From assembly GCA_902515625.1 (NCBI GenBank), contig CABXVD010000001.1:3961-67960 (forward strand): a DNA stretch of 64,000 bases, given 5' to 3'. Positions 1 through 10,263 of this stretch are shown here, in pieces. Under the pieces are notes generated by a model that did no database searches, was not told where the DNA came from, and was given only the letters and a program-made list of their open reading frames with translations. This DNA is from an uncultured Pelagibacteraceae bacterium. Its GTDB lineage: Bacteria; Pseudomonadota; Alphaproteobacteria; Pelagibacterales; Pelagibacteraceae. How positions within the stretch are numbered: position 1 is the first letter of the stretch; each line of letters opens with the position of its first letter. A program made the translations under genes and the position numbers.

Positions 1-482
1 CATGGGTTACACAAGTAACTTTATATAATTATTTAAAAACTCGAATGGGAACTAGATATGTTCTTCATTTTGAAAATGATAAATTCATGGGCTCAGTTAA
101 TCTTGCTAAATGGAATATTTATTCTGTGGCACTTCAAGATTTATCACTTTTTACTTTCTCTTACTTAAGAGTCAATTTCAATTTTCAAGATACCAATAAA
201 GCAAAAGAAACTTTTAACAAAATATTAGACGATGAAATTTCGAATAAAATGCCATTAGATATTGTTGACCAAGCTAGAGTAGATTTTGATAACAGACTTC
301 AAAATATTGATTGGGATACTTATTATACAGATTTACCTTTTAACCCAAGTGCACTCTCATTATATAAATGGGCACCAATTGCTGAAGAGTTAAAAACTCT
401 AGATCGAAAAATTGTCTTAAACTCTATGATATTAAAGTGGGATGTTATCAAACAAGAATTTCAAAACTTAATTCATTTTTAG
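1..482 (+). CDS. Conserved hypothetical protein, 5'-truncated by the window edge
   Basis: The frame of the 45..482 ORF is open back to position 3 ([19 protein letters not shown]...), so the true start lies upstream. Its stop overlaps the acs stop convergently. Confidence 0.7.
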   Translation, partial: WVTQVTLYNYLKTRMGTRYVLHFENDKFMGSVNLAKWNIYSVALQDLSLFTFSYLRVNFNFQDTNKAKETFNKILDDEISNKMPLDIVDQARVDFDNRLQNIDWDTYYTDLPFNPSALSLYKWAPIAEELKTLDRKIVLNSMILKWDVIKQEFQNLIHF

Positions 483-2551
483 ACATTCTTTCTATTATCA
501 ACTAAACTTTCAACAACACTTGGATCAGCTAAAGTAGTGGTGTCTCCTAGTTGTCCATGTTCGTTAGCAGCAATCTTTCTCAAAATTCTTCTCATTATTT
601 TTCCAGATCTAGTTTTTGGAAGACCTGGAGTAAAATGTATAAAGTCTGGAGTTGCAAGTGGTCCAATCTGTTTTCTAACCCAAAGTTTTAAATCTCTTTC
701 GAGATCTCCTGTTTCAGTTTCTCCTGCGTTTAAGGTAACATAACAATACAAACCATTTCCTTTAATATCATGTGGATAGCCAACCACTGCTGCTTCAGCA
801 ACTTTAGGATGTGCAACAAACGCACTTTCAATTTCAGCTGTACCCAAATTATGTCCTGATACAATAATTACATCATCAACTCTTCCTGTGATCCAATAGT
901 ATCCATCTTTATCTCTTCTGCAGCCATCCCCAGTAAAATATTTTCCATTAAACTGAGAGAAATATGTGTCGATAAATCTTTGGTGGTCTCCATAAACAGT
1001 TCTCATTTGACCTGGCCATGATTGAGCAATACAAAGTCTTCCTTCACCAGCACCTTTTATCTCATTACCATTTTTATCAACTATAACAGGTTTAATTCCA
1101 TAGAATGGTTTTGTCGCTGAACCAGGTTTTAATGGAATGGCACCAGTTTGAGGAGCTATCAGTATTCCTCCCGTCTCAGTTTGCCACCAAGTATCTACAA
1201 TTGGGCTTTTAGAGTTACCAACAGTTTTGTAATACCACATCCAAGCCTCAGGATTAATTGGTTCACCAACAGTCCCAAGTAATTTTAAAGATTTTCTAGA
1301 GGTTTTTTTGACTGGTTTATCACCCTCACGCATTAAAGCTCTAATTGCCGTGGGAGCAGTGTAGAAAATATTAACTTTATATTTATCAACGATCTGCCAC
1401 CACCTCGAAGTGTCAGGATAATTAGGAATTCCCTCAAACATTATTGTTGTTGCACCATTAGAAAGAGGTCCATAAATAATATAACTATGTCCAGTTACCC
1501 ATCCAATATCAGCAGTACACCAATATATATCTTTTGGTTTATAGTTAAAAATATATTGATGCGTCATTGAGGCATAAACCATATACCCACCAGTAGTATG
1601 AAGAACTCCTTTTGGTTTACCAGTAGAGCCCGATGTATATAAAATAAATAAAGGATCCTCTGCATTCATTTCTTCTGGCTCACAATGACTTGGAACATCT
1701 TTTATCAGATCATGATACCAAACATCTCTTTCTTCATTCCAATTGATGTAATTTCCAGTTCGTTTAACAACAATACATTTTTTTACATTTGGACAATTTG
1801 TTAGAGCCTCATCAGTTGTATATTTTAATGGAATAGTTTTTCCACCTCTAACGCCTTCGTCAGCAGTAATTATATATTCAGACTCACAATCATTTACTCT
1901 ACCAGAAATCGATTCTGCAGAAAAACCACCAAATATTATTGAATGAACTGCACCTATTCTGACGCATGCTAGCATTAAAATTGCAAGTTCTGGGATCATG
2001 GTTAAATAAATTGTAACTCGATCACCTTTTTTAATTCCAAGTTTTTTCAAGCCATTTGCTGCTTTAGAAACTTTTTGGTGTAATTGTTTGTAAGTTATTT
2101 TTTGACTATCTTTTGGATCATCGCCAACCCAAATAATTGCAGTTTTATCTTTTTTATCTTTCAGATGTCTATCGATACAGTTTGCAGAAGCATTTAAAGT
2201 TCCATCATGATACCATTTAATTTTTACTTCTTTAGAACTGTATTTAACGTCTTTGATTTTTTTATAAGGTTTTATCCAAGTAATTCTTTTTCCCTCTTTT
2301 CTCCAAAAATCATCATTGCTTTTAATAGATTGAGAGTATTTTTGTTGGTACTTACTTTTATTTGCCAAACTTACCTTCACCCATTCAGGTTTAGTTTTTA
2401 TGACTACTTCGGGAGGAGAAGAACCATTTTCTTTTTTAATTTTTTTTCTTTTTCTAATTTTCTTTGAAACCTTTTTTACTTTTGTTTTTTTCTTAACTCT
2501 TTTGGAAGATTTTTTTTTTAATTTAGATTTTTTTTTCTTTTTTTTAGGCAT
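479..2551 (-). CDS. acs: Acetyl-CoA synthetase with a Lys-rich N-terminal extension
   Basis: Motifs [20 protein letters not shown] and [11 protein letters not shown] (acetylation-site Lys). Confidence 0.98.
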   Translation of the reverse strand: MPKKKKKKSKLKKKSSKRVKKKTKVKKVSKKIRKRKKIKKENGSSPPEVVIKTKPEWVKVSLANKSKYQQKYSQSIKSNDDFWRKEGKRITWIKPYKKIKDVKYSSKEVKIKWYHDGTLNASANCIDRHLKDKKDKTAIIWVGDDPKDSQKITYKQLHQKVSKAANGLKKLGIKKGDRVTIYLTMIPELAILMLACVRIGAVHSIIFGGFSAESISGRVNDCESEYIITADEGVRGGKTIPLKYTTDEALTNCPNVKKCIVVKRTGNYINWNEERDVWYHDLIKDVPSHCEPEEMNAEDPLFILYTSGSTGKPKGVLHTTGGYMVYASMTHQYIFNYKPKDIYWCTADIGWVTGHSYIIYGPLSNGATTIMFEGIPNYPDTSRWWQIVDKYKVNIFYTAPTAIRALMREGDKPVKKTSRKSLKLLGTVGEPINPEAWMWYYKTVGNSKSPIVDTWWQTETGGILIAPQTGAIPLKPGSATKPFYGIKPVIVDKNGNEIKGAGEGRLCIAQSWPGQMRTVYGDHQRFIDTYFSQFNGKYFTGDGCRRDKDGYYWITGRVDDVIIVSGHNLGTAEIESAFVAHPKVAEAAVVGYPHDIKGNGLYCYVTLNAGETETGDLERDLKLWVRKQIGPLATPDFIHFTPGLPKTRSGKIMRRILRKIAANEHGQLGDTTTLADPSVVESLVDNRKNV

Positions 2552-2566
2552 GTGATAATTTATTTT

Positions 2567-2986
2567 TTAAATTCTACTCATGTTATTTATGATTTTCCAG
2601 CTTTTATAATCGATTGGCATCACAGATAATCTACTCTGTTTAATCAACGCTAAATCGCTTAATTCCTTGCGTTTTTTTATGTCTTTTAAGGTTACCGGTT
2701 TATCTAATTTTTTTTTAAATTTAACAGTAACAGCTACAAAGCGTGCACTTTTATCTGTTTTGTCTATGTAATGTTCTTTAATAACCTCTACAATACCTAC
2801 AATTTCTTTACCGATGTTTGAATGATAAAAAAAACAAAGATCACCTTTTTTCATTGCCTTTAAATTTTTTGCAGCCTGATAATTTCTTACCCCATCCCAT
2901 GTAGCACCTTTAGCACCTGCTTTAATTTGTTGGTCAATTGACCAAACATTTGATTCTGATTTTAACAAAAAAAAAGATTTAGTCAT
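2567..2986 (-). CDS. EVE domain protein
   Basis: KSE...WDGVRNYQA...FFYHS...RLSVMP signature. Confidence 0.93.
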   Translation of the reverse strand: MTKSFFLLKSESNVWSIDQQIKAGAKGATWDGVRNYQAAKNLKAMKKGDLCFFYHSNIGKEIVGIVEVIKEHYIDKTDKSARFVAVTVKFKKKLDKPVTLKDIKKRKELSDLALIKQSRLSVMPIDYKSWKIINNMSRI

Positions 2987-3025
2987 ATTTTATTAAATCA
3001 TTTTTTTATTTTAAATTTATACAAT

Positions 3026-3892
3026 TTATTTAGATCCAAAATATATAGCATTTATAATCTTTAGATCATCCTTATCATATTTAATCCAGTCGTTATGAAT
3101 TTTTTTGTTATCTAAATTTAAACTTCGATTAGTAACTCTAGCCAATAATTTAAATCCAATTTTTTCTAATAAATTTGTAATTTCATTTTGTCGTAAGAAA
3201 TTTAGTGAAGGGTTATTTCTGTCAATTTTTTTTGAATAAATTTCTGAAGGAAATAAAGAATGGTCACTGAAATCAATTGAGTGCATAAAATAAGAGTTTG
3301 CTGACATTTTTTTGAAAATATTAGATAAAACATTTTCTATATCGTTAATTTTTATATGCTCCAGAACACTGTTGGAAATAACGAAATCAAACATTGACTC
3401 ATTATGATTCTCAAAATTTTCTGTATTATTCTTTACTCTATGAATAAATTCTTCATAGCTCATCAAACTTCCATAATTACAAACAAGATCTTCATAAAGT
3501 TTCTTAAAATACTTTTCTTCAATAATTTTTGAAAAACAAATCTCTTCATTAAAAGCTGGGTCCGAATATATAAATTCCTTAGCACCTAAGAATAAAAATA
3601 TTGGACCCCATCCTAACAATGGGCCAGACCCTAATTCATAAATTATCTTATTCTTTATAGAAATTTTTTTATATATATCCAAATTAGGAAAAGTAGTATT
3701 TATGTTTCTTAAATATCTTTCCCATCTATCTATCAAAACAACTGAAGATAAATGTTTTTTGTTATCTAAAAGTTCATTAAGATTGTATTTGAACAATCTT
3801 TTATTTCTTAATAAAAAATTTTTAGTCCATCTAAAATTTTCTTTCGGTGAAATTAACCAGAGTCTATGTAATATTTTTTTATATAAAGACAT
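3026..3892 (-). CDS. Class I SAM-dependent methyltransferase, substrate unknown
   Basis: YELGSG (motif I), FDFVISNSVLEHI and HSIDFSDH. Confidence 0.75.
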   Translation of the reverse strand: MSLYKKILHRLWLISPKENFRWTKNFLLRNKRLFKYNLNELLDNKKHLSSVVLIDRWERYLRNINTTFPNLDIYKKISIKNKIIYELGSGPLLGWGPIFLFLGAKEFIYSDPAFNEEICFSKIIEEKYFKKLYEDLVCNYGSLMSYEEFIHRVKNNTENFENHNESMFDFVISNSVLEHIKINDIENVLSNIFKKMSANSYFMHSIDFSDHSLFPSEIYSKKIDRNNPSLNFLRQNEITNLLEKIGFKLLARVTNRSLNLDNKKIHNDWIKYDKDDLKIINAIYFGSK

Positions 3893-3980
3893 ATTTTATT
3901 AATCAATGTTTATGTATATAATATGTATTATAATTATCTTTAATCAACATTTTATATTGTTTAATATTTTATAATAAAAT

Positions 3981-5054
3981 CTACAACTTGACACCAGCCC
4001 CTTTTAAAAAAGTAGCTTCTTCATCAAGCGGCCACCTTGGTTTTGCTGGATGATCCAATTGACTAAATTGTTTTAACTTAAATTTTTCTAAACCAACCAT
4101 AGCTATCATTGCAGCATTATCTCCACAGAGTTCTATTGGCGGAAAAATGCTTTGATAGTTTTGTTCTTCACATAGATTAATTAGCATATTTCTAATATTC
4201 TTATTAGCTGCTACTCCTCCAGCAACCACAAAATTTTTTTTAGTTGGGTTACTCTGTTTTTCAAAATCTGTAAAAGCAATTTTAGTTTTCTTGTATAAAA
4301 TTTCTTCAATTGTTCTTTGAAATGATGCAGCAAGATCAAATTTTTCTTGATCAGTTTTAATGTTTTTTGTTATTTTTAATACTGCAGTTTTAAGTCCTGC
4401 AAAAGATAAGTTACAACCACCTTTATTAAAAATAGGTTTTGGTAAATTATATTTATTAGGATCACCTTTTTTTGCTAAAATTTCTATTTGTGGACCACCT
4501 GGAAATTCTATTCCTAAAAGTTTTGCAGTTTTATCAAATGCTTCTCCTAAAGCGTCATCAATTGTTGTTCCTAATCTTTTATATTTACCTAAACCTTGAA
4601 CATTTAAAAATTGTGAATGACCGCCTGATATTAACAAAAGCAGGTAGGGATAATTTAAATTTGAATTTAATTTAGGACTTAAGGCGTGACCCTCTAGATG
4701 ATTAACTGCTATAAAGGGTTTTTCTAAAGAAGCGGCAAACGCTTTTCCAAAACTTAAACCAACTGATAGACAAACAATTAAGCCAGGTCCTGCAGTGGAA
4801 GCTACAGCATCAATTTCATCTATTTTTTTTCCACTATCATCAATAGCTTTTTGAACAATCCAATCAATTTTTTCAATATGAGATCGTGCAGCTAATTCTG
4901 GAACAACTCCACCAAATTTTTTATGAACTTCAACTTGGCTTGAAACAATATTTGATAATACTACAGGTTTTCCTAGCTCATTTTCAGTTATTATTGATGC
5001 AGCTGTCTCATCACAGCTCGTTTCTATTCCGAGAATTAAGGGTTTTTTGCTCAT
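3981..5054 (-). CDS. tsaD: tRNA t6A threonylcarbamoyltransferase TsaD
   Basis: GIETSCDET, GGVVPELAARSH, NHLEGH and DNAAMIA. Confidence 0.98.
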   Translation of the reverse strand: MSKKPLILGIETSCDETAASIITENELGKPVVLSNIVSSQVEVHKKFGGVVPELAARSHIEKIDWIVQKAIDDSGKKIDEIDAVASTAGPGLIVCLSVGLSFGKAFAASLEKPFIAVNHLEGHALSPKLNSNLNYPYLLLLISGGHSQFLNVQGLGKYKRLGTTIDDALGEAFDKTAKLLGIEFPGGPQIEILAKKGDPNKYNLPKPIFNKGGCNLSFAGLKTAVLKITKNIKTDQEKFDLAASFQRTIEEILYKKTKIAFTDFEKQSNPTKKNFVVAGGVAANKNIRNMLINLCEEQNYQSIFPPIELCGDNAAMIAMVGLEKFKLKQFSQLDHPAKPRWPLDEEATFLKGAGVKL

Positions 5055-5110
5055 TCAAATAGTTTTTAATAATTGTACAATCTCAATACAAGTAAGAAAT
5101 AAATATATTT

Positions 5111-6028
5111 ATGAAGAGAAAAATTATCATTGGATCTAGAGGAAGCAAGTTAGCCATGCTTTATGCTGAAAAAGCCAAAGATAAAATTGTCAAATCCACT
5201 GATTTTAGTGATGAAGATATAGTTATAAAAAAAATTACTACAAAAGGGGATGAGTTCCAGGATGTAAGATTGTCAGAAGTTGGAGGTAAAGGATTATTTT
5301 CAAGCAATATAGAAAAAGAGCTTCAAGATAAAAATATTGACGTTGCAGTTCACGCGCTTAAAGACATGCCAGCCCTTGAAACAAAAGGTCTTAAAACAGA
5401 CTCATTTTTAGAAAGAAATGATCCAAGAGAAATTCTTATCACAATGAATAAACAAAAATTAAGTGAATTGAAAAAAAATTCTATAATTGGAACTTCATCT
5501 TTTAGAAGAGAATATCAAATTAAAAAAATTAGATCTGATCTTGAATGTAAACTTATTAGGGGAAATGTTGATACACGAATTAAAAAATTGAAAGATGGAA
5601 TATATGATGCAATAATTTTGTCTTATGCAGGTATTAAATTTTTAAATTTTTATGATGAAATTTCAGAAATTTTTTCCACAGAACAAATGATTCCAAGTGC
5701 TGGACAAGGTATAATTGCCCTTCAATGTAGAGAAGGTGACGAGGAAATAATCTCAGTTTTAAAAAAAATAAATCATAATAAAACATTTATGAGAGCGTAT
5801 GTTGAGAGAAATATTTTAAAAGTTTTGGAGGGAGATTGCGAAACTGCAGTTGGAGCCCACTCTATTATAAAAGATGATAAAATTATTGTTGAAGCTGAAC
5901 TATTTTCTTTAGATGGTACTAAAAGGTTTTATGAAAAAAAAACTGGCAAAGCAGAAGATTTCAGTGAAATCGGTAGAGAAATGGGTAAAATTTTAAAAAC
6001 AAAATCCAATAATTCTTATAAAAGATAA
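5111..6028 (+). CDS. hemC: Hydroxymethylbilane synthase (porphobilinogen deaminase)
   Basis: GSRGSKLA, GGKGLF, VHALKDMP and RGNVDTR. Confidence 0.97.
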   Translation: MKRKIIIGSRGSKLAMLYAEKAKDKIVKSTDFSDEDIVIKKITTKGDEFQDVRLSEVGGKGLFSSNIEKELQDKNIDVAVHALKDMPALETKGLKTDSFLERNDPREILITMNKQKLSELKKNSIIGTSSFRREYQIKKIRSDLECKLIRGNVDTRIKKLKDGIYDAIILSYAGIKFLNFYDEISEIFSTEQMIPSAGQGIIALQCREGDEEIISVLKKINHNKTFMRAYVERNILKVLEGDCETAVGAHSIIKDDKIIVEAELFSLDGTKRFYEKKTGKAEDFSEIGREMGKILKTKSNNSYKR

Positions 6029-6029
6029 T

Positions 6030-6728
6030 ATGCATATTTTATTAACAAGACCATTAGAGGATTGTTCTGAAATGATTGTTAAATTTAAATCCTTAGGTCA
6101 TCAGGTTTCTCATCTGCCTTTATTAAGTGTTGAAGAAGTAGATCATGATAAAATTAACTTTTCAGATTTTAACGGAATTATTTTCACTAGTACTAATGCT
6201 GTAAAATTTCTAAACCACGATAAAATTAATAAGACAATCAAATGCTTTTGTGTCGGTGAGATAACTGAAAAAAAAGCAAGAAGTTTTGGTTTCCAAAATA
6301 CAATTGCAGCAGAGGGAAATGTTTCAAACTTAAAAGAATTAATTTTGCAAAACTATAATACATCGAGTGGTCATTTACTTTATGTAAGCGGAGAAACTAT
6401 ATCAGTAGATCTTGACCAACAGTTAATAAATGAAGGTTATATTATTAAGAGGATTGTAAATTATAGAGTTAAGCACAATATGAATTTTGGTGAAGACTTT
6501 GTTAAAGAATTAAAACAAAATATGCCAGACATTGTATATATTTACTCCCAAAACAGCGGATCAAGCTTTTTAAACTTTATCAAAATTCATCAATTAGAAA
6601 GCTTATGGATGGATACAAATTTAATGTGTATAGGTGAAAAAACCTCATCAATATTGAACGAAATTAAATGGAAAAAGATATTTCTTTTTAATCCTGGAGA
6701 AGAGGAGTTTTTGTTATATAAAATTTAG
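6030..6728 (+). CDS. hemD: Uroporphyrinogen-III synthase
   Basis: ILLTRP, IFTSTNAV and CVGEIT motifs; directly follows hemC. Confidence 0.92.
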   Translation: MHILLTRPLEDCSEMIVKFKSLGHQVSHLPLLSVEEVDHDKINFSDFNGIIFTSTNAVKFLNHDKINKTIKCFCVGEITEKKARSFGFQNTIAAEGNVSNLKELILQNYNTSSGHLLYVSGETISVDLDQQLINEGYIIKRIVNYRVKHNMNFGEDFVKELKQNMPDIVYIYSQNSGSSFLNFIKIHQLESLWMDTNLMCIGEKTSSILNEIKWKKIFLFNPGEEEFLLYKI

Positions 6729-6730
6729 CC

Positions 6731-7816
6731 ATGGATATAATAAATAATTTTTCTGAAATATTTTTATCAGTTTGGAATAAGGGAATTCTTGGAGTTGATA
6801 TTTTTCAAATTCTTATTGGTATTAGTATATTTTTAGTTTTTCTAGTTTTTAGAGGTCTGATCAGTAAATTAGTTATTAAAAAGTTAGAAATTATATCAAA
6901 AAGAACTACAAATAAGTTAGACGATACTTTTGTTCGATCTTTAGAAGGACCTGCAAGATTTTTGCCAATTGTTTTAGGTTTTTTTATCGCAAGTTATTAT
7001 ATGACTTTTTCTGCTGAAGGTAGAGATGTGGTAGATACTATTAACAGAACTTTAATAACAATTTTAATATTTTGGGTTATCCATCAAATAATTGAACCAG
7101 TATCTTATATATTAAGTGGACTAGATAAACTTTTAACAAGAGAACTTATTGGATGGATAATTAAGTCATTAAAAGTTTTAATTTTTATACTTGGATTAGC
7201 GGCTGTTCTTGAGTTATGGGGAATTAAAATTGGTCCAATTATTGCGGGACTCGGTTTGTTTGGTGTTGCGGTAGCTTTAGGAGCACAAGACTTATTTAAA
7301 AATCTAATTTCAGGAATTTTAGTATTGGTTGAAAAAAGATTTAAAATTGGAGATTGGATCGCAGTTGAAGGAATTATAGAAGGGATAGTTGAAAAAATTG
7401 GTTTTAGGTCCACAACGATAAGAAAGTTTGATAAGTCTCTAGCAATTATTCCCAATTTTCAGTTTGCAGAAAATGCAGTGATAAATGTTAGTGAAACTTC
7501 AAATTGGAGAGTGAGGTGGATTATAACTCTTCAGTATGACTCTACCATTGATCAATTAAAAAAAGTAAGAGATGAAATAGAAGAATATATTAATAAAAGT
7601 AAAGACTTTAACCAAGCAACAGGAGTTGCTGTAAGAATAGAAAAATTTTCAGACAGTTCTATTGATTTACTAGTGAGATGTTTCACAAATTCTAATAGTT
7701 GGAGCAATTCTCTAGAAGTGAAAGAGAGATTAGCAATTGAAATTAAACAGATAGTTGAAAAAAATGGTGCTTCTTTTGCTTTCCCAAGTCAGTCAATTTA
7801 TGTTGAAAAAAAATGA
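6731..7816 (+). CDS. MscS-family mechanosensitive channel
   Basis: GLFGVAVALGAQD...FKIGDWI...GFRST...IPN, C-terminal FAFPSQ, several TM helices. Confidence 0.93.
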   Translation: MDIINNFSEIFLSVWNKGILGVDIFQILIGISIFLVFLVFRGLISKLVIKKLEIISKRTTNKLDDTFVRSLEGPARFLPIVLGFFIASYYMTFSAEGRDVVDTINRTLITILIFWVIHQIIEPVSYILSGLDKLLTRELIGWIIKSLKVLIFILGLAAVLELWGIKIGPIIAGLGLFGVAVALGAQDLFKNLISGILVLVEKRFKIGDWIAVEGIIEGIVEKIGFRSTTIRKFDKSLAIIPNFQFAENAVINVSETSNWRVRWIITLQYDSTIDQLKKVRDEIEEYINKSKDFNQATGVAVRIEKFSDSSIDLLVRCFTNSNSWSNSLEVKERLAIEIKQIVEKNGASFAFPSQSIYVEKK

Positions 7817-8103
7817 TAGCAATTTTTTATTTAGTTTTACAAATTTTAAAACTTTATTCCTACGTTGTAATTGCTAACGTTATTGTTAGCTGGTTAATTG
7901 CTTTTAACGTTTTAAATACCCAAAACAGATTTGTTTATTCTATTTTAGAATTAAGCTATAGGCTTACAGATCCAATATTAAACAAAATCAGACGTTTTAT
8001 ACCTAATCTAGGTTCTTTGGACATCTCGCCTATAATTCTTCTGCTATTGATTTGGTTTATTGAAATGTGTATGAAGCTCTACATCGCGCCAATGATTTTT
8101 TAG
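7813..8103 (+). CDS. yggT: YggT family membrane protein
   Basis: SWL...RLTDPIL..IRRFIP.LG.LDISPI; lies before folD, as is common in alphaproteobacteria. Confidence 0.92.
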   Translation: MIAIFYLVLQILKLYSYVVIANVIVSWLIAFNVLNTQNRFVYSILELSYRLTDPILNKIRRFIPNLGSLDISPIILLLLIWFIEMCMKLYIAPMIF

Positions 8104-8113
8104 AAAGATAAAA

Positions 8114-8959
8114 ATGATTTTAATAGACGGAAAGAAAGCTGCTGCAGAGTTAAGAGAAGAGCTTAAGCATGAAGTCACAGGATTAAAAGCTAAATATAAT
8201 AAAGTGCCAGGTTTAACAGTTATCCTGATAGGAGATTTAACTCCAAGCCAAATTTATGTACGTAATAAAGAAAAATCAGCCAAGGAGGTTGGCTTAAAAT
8301 CTGAAGTTATAAAGTATCCAGACTCAGTTGAGGAAAAAACAGTATTAGAAAAAATTGAAGAATTAAATAAAGATGAAACAGTTTCAGGAATATTAGTTCA
8401 GTTACCACTTCCAAAACATATTGATAAACAAAAAGTTATTGAAACTATTTTACCTTCAAAAGATGTTGATGGTTTTCATCCAATGAATGTAGGAAATCTT
8501 TCCTCTGGATATGAAAGTTCAGTGCCATGTACTCCTTTAGGTTGCTATTTATTAATCAAAAAAGTTGAACCTAATTTAAATGGAAAAAAAGCAGTAATAG
8601 TTGGAAGATCAAATTTAAATGGAAAGCCAATGACGCAACTTCTTATAAAAGAAAATTGCACAGTGACAATAACTCATTCGAAAACTAAAGACCTGAAAGC
8701 AGAATGTTTAGAGGCAGATATAATAGTAGCTGCAGTTGGAATCCCAGAACTTGTCAAAGGTGACTGGGTTAAAAAAGATACTATTGTTATTGATGTTGGT
8801 ATTAATAAAACTGATAAGGGTATTGTAGGGGATGTAGATTTTGATGAAGTTTCTAAAAATGCAAAAGCATTAACACCGGTTCCTGGTGGTGTAGGCCCAA
8901 TGACAATCGCTTGTTTATTGAAAAATACAATAGAGTGTTTCAAAAGATCGCAAATTTAG
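8114..8959 (+). CDS. folD: Bifunctional methylene-THF dehydrogenase/cyclohydrolase
   Basis: YVRNK, KDVDGFHP, PCTPLG and TPVPGGVGPMT. Confidence 0.98.
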   Translation: MILIDGKKAAAELREELKHEVTGLKAKYNKVPGLTVILIGDLTPSQIYVRNKEKSAKEVGLKSEVIKYPDSVEEKTVLEKIEELNKDETVSGILVQLPLPKHIDKQKVIETILPSKDVDGFHPMNVGNLSSGYESSVPCTPLGCYLLIKKVEPNLNGKKAVIVGRSNLNGKPMTQLLIKENCTVTITHSKTKDLKAECLEADIIVAAVGIPELVKGDWVKKDTIVIDVGINKTDKGIVGDVDFDEVSKNAKALTPVPGGVGPMTIACLLKNTIECFKRSQI

Positions 8960-8996
8960 CGATTAAATCTCACAGTTTATTCTGTTACTCTAAGAT

Positions 8997-9200
8997 ATGA
9001 AAAAACCAAAGTATCCCTATAGGATTGCCATAATTTTTCTTTTACTAACTTTTCCGACAATTGGAGCCACTCAACTTGGTTGGTACCTTTACGATCAGCA
9101 AACAGGGTTTGATTACGGAATGATAGTAGGTACTTTTTCAGTAATCTATGCAGCTTACTTATTGTATGAAAAAAAATGGAGAGAGGAAGATGAAGATTAA
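8997..9200 (+). CDS. Small two-TM hypothetical membrane protein
   Basis: 67 aa, two hydrophobic segments, tightly packed with neighbours. Confidence 0.7.
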   Translation: MKKPKYPYRIAIIFLLLTFPTIGATQLGWYLYDQQTGFDYGMIVGTFSVIYAAYLLYEKKWREEDED

Positions 9201-9203
9201 TTT

Positions 9204-9470
9204 ATGGAAAAAATAATTTTTTTTGGGTTAGTAATTCCCATCATGGCTTACGTTCTATATTTAGGTGGAATGGCAATTATGAATGGATTTAATGCTAAAG
9301 AAGCTAACAGAGCTGAAAAAGAGGAAGTAGAAGAGGAAACCAAAACAACTATATCAAATGATAATAGTTCACTAAGTGACGAATTAGAAAAATTAAATAG
9401 TTTGCGTGAAAGTGGAGTGCTTACTCAAGAAGAGTTTGAGAAAGCAAAAAGTAAATTACTAAACACTTAA
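9204..9470 (+). CDS. SHOCT domain membrane-anchored protein
   Basis: N-terminal TM plus C-terminal ELEKLNSLRESGVLTQEEFEKAKSKLL (SHOCT pattern). Confidence 0.85.
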   Translation: MEKIIFFGLVIPIMAYVLYLGGMAIMNGFNAKEANRAEKEEVEEETKTTISNDNSSLSDELEKLNSLRESGVLTQEEFEKAKSKLLNT

Positions 9471-9471
9471 G

Positions 9472-10263
9472 ATGTTAAGAATTATTCCTAATAAAAATAA
9501 TATTGGGGCTGAGATTGATACTGATCTTCAAAAACTTTCAGAGGAAAATTTCAAAACTATTGTCAATGCTTTAAATAAATATGGGATGATTTTTTTTAGA
9601 AGACAAAATCTTTCCTCCAAGCTCTATATAGAATTTGCTAAAAACTTTGGAAAACTTGCAAACTATCCTAGATTAAAAGGGTTAAACAAAAAATATCCTC
9701 AAATAACTGTAGTTCAAAGAAAGATAACGGATAAAGGACCAAGTTTTGGGGAACAGTTTCATACAGACTCTATTTATACAAAAAAACCACCAAGATTTAC
9801 TATGTTGCTGTCAAAATTAGTTCCAAAAAAAGGAAAAGCAAATACCGAATTTTGTTCGCAGTATTATGCTTTTAAAGATTTAACTAAATCTATGAAACTA
9901 AAGTTATCAAGTTTAAAAGGAGTTTATTCCTCAGAAGGACCTATTTCAATTACTACAAAAGAGAGAGTTAAAGAGAAAGGTAAGAAAATAAAAGAATTAA
10001 AATCCACTCACAAAATTATAAGAAAAATAAGCTCAAATTATGCAATTTATTCCAGTCCAGGCCATCTAGTTGGATTTCAGCCAAAATTAAAAAATTCAAT
10101 TAATTTAAAAAAAAAATTATCAGAACATCAAATTAAAAAAAAATTTCAACATTCACTAGAATGGGAAAAAAATCAATTAGCTATTTGGGATAACAGATCC
10201 ATGTTGCATCAAGCAACACCTTTTAAAGGTAATAGAATTATGCACAGAATAACAATTCTTTAA
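9472..10263 (+). CDS. TauD/TfdA family Fe(II)/2-oxoglutarate dioxygenase
   Basis: GAEI...GMIFFRRQ, HTD, WDNRSMLH and RIMHR. Confidence 0.9.
   Translation: MLRIIPNKNNIGAEIDTDLQKLSEENFKTIVNALNKYGMIFFRRQNLSSKLYIEFAKNFGKLANYPRLKGLNKKYPQITVVQRKITDKGPSFGEQFHTDSIYTKKPPRFTMLLSKLVPKKGKANTEFCSQYYAFKDLTKSMKLKLSSLKGVYSSEGPISITTKERVKEKGKKIKELKSTHKIIRKISSNYAIYSSPGHLVGFQPKLKNSINLKKKLSEHQIKKKFQHSLEWEKNQLAIWDNRSMLHQATPFKGNRIMHRITIL

Noticed and set aside
3893-3980. 9-bp terminal inverted repeat (ATTTTATTA/TAATAAAAT) suggesting a MITE
   Set aside because: All-AT sequence expected by chance here; no target-site duplication, second copy or transposase seen.
10100-10145. Long poly-A tracts in the TauD-like gene (and poly-T in acs) as phase-variation sites
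   Set aside because: The frames are intact and A-runs encoding Lys are common throughout this AT-rich window.
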